A stretch of 64,000 bases of DNA from an uncultured bacterium (GTDB lineage Bacteria > Zhuqueibacterota > QNDG01 > DTFT01), in contig CAVTNR010000014.1 in NCBI GenBank assembly GCA_963736115.1, positions 128,001-192,000 of the forward strand. Direction: 5' to 3'. How positions within the stretch are numbered: the stretch's first letter is position 1; each line of letters starts with the position of its first letter. Below are positions 61,572 through 64,000 of the stretch, piece after piece. Position numbers and translations under genes: made by a program. The notes beneath the pieces were generated by a model that saw only the letters and a program-made list of their open reading frames with translations, was not told the DNA's origin and did not search any database.

Positions 61572-64000
61572 ATGAAAAGAGCGACCGTTTTCGCGATGTG
61601 GGCCGTTTTAGCGGCGGCCGCATTCGCGCTTCCGGCCAACGCCCAGCAGACGTTGGAGACGCTCAACATGACCGAAATCGGGCGGAATGCCTCCGGGCCG
61701 AACCGCGCCGCTTACGTGTCCGATAATTACGTGCTGGCGGGAAACGGCGCCTACCTCGAAATCTACGAAGTCAAGGGCACCCTGCCGTACCTGGAGAAGA
61801 GGGGAAGCCTGCTGCTTCCGGATGTCGTGGAGGACATCTACGCCGTCGATCAGAGAGCGTACGTCGCCTGCAACGGCGCCGGCCTGCAGATCGTCGATAT
61901 TTCCAGCCCCACGGCCCCCTTTCTGAGGGGTTCGTATGATACGCCCGGAACGGCGATGGGCGTGTTTGTGTGGGAAAACCGGGCCTATGTCGCGGACGGG
62001 CCGGCCGGTCTGCGCGTGGTGAACGTCGCTTCCTCCGTCTCCCCGTATTCGGTCGGGGTTTTCTCCCTGAACAACCGCATTGTCCGCGATGTCAAGGTCG
62101 ACCTCTGGGCGAGCGGCGGCGGCATCCGGACCGTCGCCTACGTGGCCGCGGACACCGCGGGCATCTGGGCGCTCGACGTCACACAGGACAGTGAAATCAT
62201 CCGACTGGGCGCGCTTCGTCTCTCGGGCGCCGCCACCCGGCTTTTCCTGTCTACGACCATCGCCTATGTGGCCGCCGGAGCCGGCGGGCTCAGCCAAGTG
62301 AGCATCACCAATCCCACGGCCATGGCGGTGTACCGCACCTGGGTTCCCGGGGAAGAGGAGCGCGTCGCGATCACCGATGTATTCGTCCAGTCCTCCCGGG
62401 CCTATCTGGCCGATTCGCTGTCCGGCGTCCGCGTGCTGGATGTCAGCGACGTCCCGAACGAAATCGCGCGCCTGGCGACGGACGGCTCGGCCTTGCGGAT
62501 CACGCACAGCATGCCCAGCACGGCGCCGAACACCGCTTTCGTGTCCGACTGCGGCGGCGGACTGCTCATGCTGAACGTCTTCAACCCCCAGCCCTCGCTG
62601 ATCCGCTCGGTCCAGACGGGCGATTCCTTCGTGGACGTTGCCTTCCGCGGAAATGTGCTGTTTGCCGCGGGCCGCCAATCCGGTCTCTGGATTCTGAACC
62701 GGCAGGCCGCGACCCTCACGGACATTCCGGTTCTGGCGCATGTCGACACTCTCGAAACCTGCCAGGGCGTCGCGGTCCGCGACACCCTCCTGCTCGTCTC
62801 GAACGGCCCCCACGGCGTCAAGGTGATGAGCGTCCGGAATCCGCAGAGCCCGCGCATGCTCGCCAGCATTCTCGTCGCGGACGAGGCGCATGACGTGTCC
62901 TTCGACGGGAACCGCGCGGTCATCGCCGGCGGATCCGGCGGCGTGCACATCTACAACATCCTCGATCCCCGTCACCCGACTTTCCTGGGGACCGTTTCCC
63001 TCGGCACCCTTCCGGCCCTTTCGATCGAAGTGGACGAGACGCGGCACGTGGCCTTCGTCTCCACGGATGCGGCGGTCCAGGTGGTCAACCTGGACGACCG
63101 CTCGCTCATGACTTCCTGCGAAGGGACCAACAATTCGCAATCGTCCGACCTCAGCGCGGACGGTAAGACGCTGTACATCGCGGACGGCGTGAACGGCATG
63201 CGCGTTTATGACGTGACGAACGCCGGAGCGCCGCGCGCCGTCACCGGCATGTCCTACAACACGCCCGGCTTCGCCGCCGATATCCGGATGAGCGGGGACG
63301 CGGCGATCCTGGCCGACGGCAACGGCACGGTGAGGATTCTCTCCGTCTCACAGTCCCCGGTGGAGGTGGGGTACGCCCATACCGCCGGATTCAGCGCGGC
63401 CGTCGACCTGTCCGGCGACACGATCGCTGTGGCCGACGGCGCGGCCGGCCTCTACCTGTTCAAGGCGAATTTCACGGGCCATCTGGAGGCCCGGTCGTCG
63501 GTCCTGGATTTCGGGACCGTGGTTCAGTACCGGACCCGCACCCTCTATCTGACCCTGCAGAACACCGGCACCCGGGTCGTGCGCATCCAGTCCGTGAGCT
63601 CCGCGACCGGCAGTTTCAAGACGGGCACGGCCATGCCGATCACCATTTATCCGAACCGGTCCTATACGCTGGGGGTTTATTTTCAGCCCACGGCCGCCCA
63701 GGCCTATGACGACATTCTGACCATCGCCAGCGACGCGGAAAACCCGACGGTAACCGTGCGGGTCATGGGTCTGGGGATCAGCGACACGCCCCTGGCTCCG
63801 TACACGCCGGATTATTACACCTACCTGCTGTACCGGATGGAAGCCCTGCCGGGCGACACGCTCGTGCCCGATTCCTCTCTGTACGGCTACCTGGACGGCC
63901 GGAACACCGGCGCCAGGCTGGTCTCCGCGGATTCGGGAAAAGCAGGTTTCGGCCGCGCGATGAAATTCGAAGCGGCCGACCGGGTGGCGGTGAGACTCGA
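61572..64000 (+). CDS. Large secreted LVIVD-repeat (beta-propeller) protein with an Ig-like domain; runs off the window end
   Basis: Missing from the ORF track because it has no stop. My translation: MKRATVFAMWAVLAAAAFALPANAQ...RAYVACNGAGLQIVDISSPTAP...AYVADGPAGLRVVNV...; later 'LDFGTV...L.LQNTG'. RBS AGGAG. Confidence 0.85.
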   Translation, partial: MKRATVFAMWAVLAAAAFALPANAQQTLETLNMTEIGRNASGPNRAAYVSDNYVLAGNGAYLEIYEVKGTLPYLEKRGSLLLPDVVEDIYAVDQRAYVACNGAGLQIVDISSPTAPFLRGSYDTPGTAMGVFVWENRAYVADGPAGLRVVNVASSVSPYSVGVFSLNNRIVRDVKVDLWASGGGIRTVAYVAADTAGIWALDVTQDSEIIRLGALRLSGAATRLFLSTTIAYVAAGAGGLSQVSITNPTAMAVYRTWVPGEEERVAITDVFVQSSRAYLADSLSGVRVLDVSDVPNEIARLATDGSALRITHSMPSTAPNTAFVSDCGGGLLMLNVFNPQPSLIRSVQTGDSFVDVAFRGNVLFAAGRQSGLWILNRQAATLTDIPVLAHVDTLETCQGVAVRDTLLLVSNGPHGVKVMSVRNPQSPRMLASILVADEAHDVSFDGNRAVIAGGSGGVHIYNILDPRHPTFLGTVSLGTLPALSIEVDETRHVAFVSTDAAVQVVNLDDRSLMTSCEGTNNSQSSDLSADGKTLYIADGVNGMRVYDVTNAGAPRAVTGMSYNTPGFAADIRMSGDAAILADGNGTVRILSVSQSPVEVGYAHTAGFSAAVDLSGDTIAVADGAAGLYLFKANFTGHLEARSSVLDFGTVVQYRTRTLYLTLQNTGTRVVRIQSVSSATGSFKTGTAMPITIYPNRSYTLGVYFQPTAAQAYDDILTIASDAENPTVTVRVMGLGISDTPLAPYTPDYYTYLLYRMEALPGDTLVPDSSLYGYLDGRNTGARLVSADSGKAGFGRAMKFEAADRVAVRL

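Overview
GC-rich bacterial chromosomal segment. Six secreted proteins end in a 'xPNPFN...GxY...KMxxxK/R' T9SS-type-A-like tail and a GWxTD protein is present, which points to an FCB-related lineage such as KSB1 or Calditrichota (inference). Contents in order: an unusual chemoreceptor, HAD phosphatase, M23 peptidase, hybrid PAS histidine kinase, a nitrogen-assimilation operon (GSIII, gltB, gltD) with a candidate sigma54 promoter, a carbohydrate cluster (TIM-barrel/DUF1080 fusion, MFS permease, GH13, GH9, unclassified GH-like protein, lamin-tail protein, GH43, frameshifted TonB-dependent receptor, TetR, CotH kinase), housekeeping genes (ppiD-like, uvrB, purD, tmk, M24 peptidase, acyl-CoA ligase, ychF, wecB), a Tat-exported DUF362/DUF6599/aldo-keto reductase operon, and a CsgG/TPR/LVIVD surface operon truncated at the window end. 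I saw no rRNA, tRNA, cas or transposase genes. The most unusual signals are: (1) five ~43-45-nt 'fixed flank - variable 17-20 nt core - hairpin' units inserted precisely into the hairpins of IS200/IS605-like non-autonomous elements at 30.9 kb and 55.9-56.2 kb; (2) three cassettes of inverted GTTCATR heptamer arrays around unique spacers; (3) a circularly permuted sugar-binding domain inside the cytoplasmic part of the chemoreceptor. All family assignments come from motif recognition by eye, not database searches.
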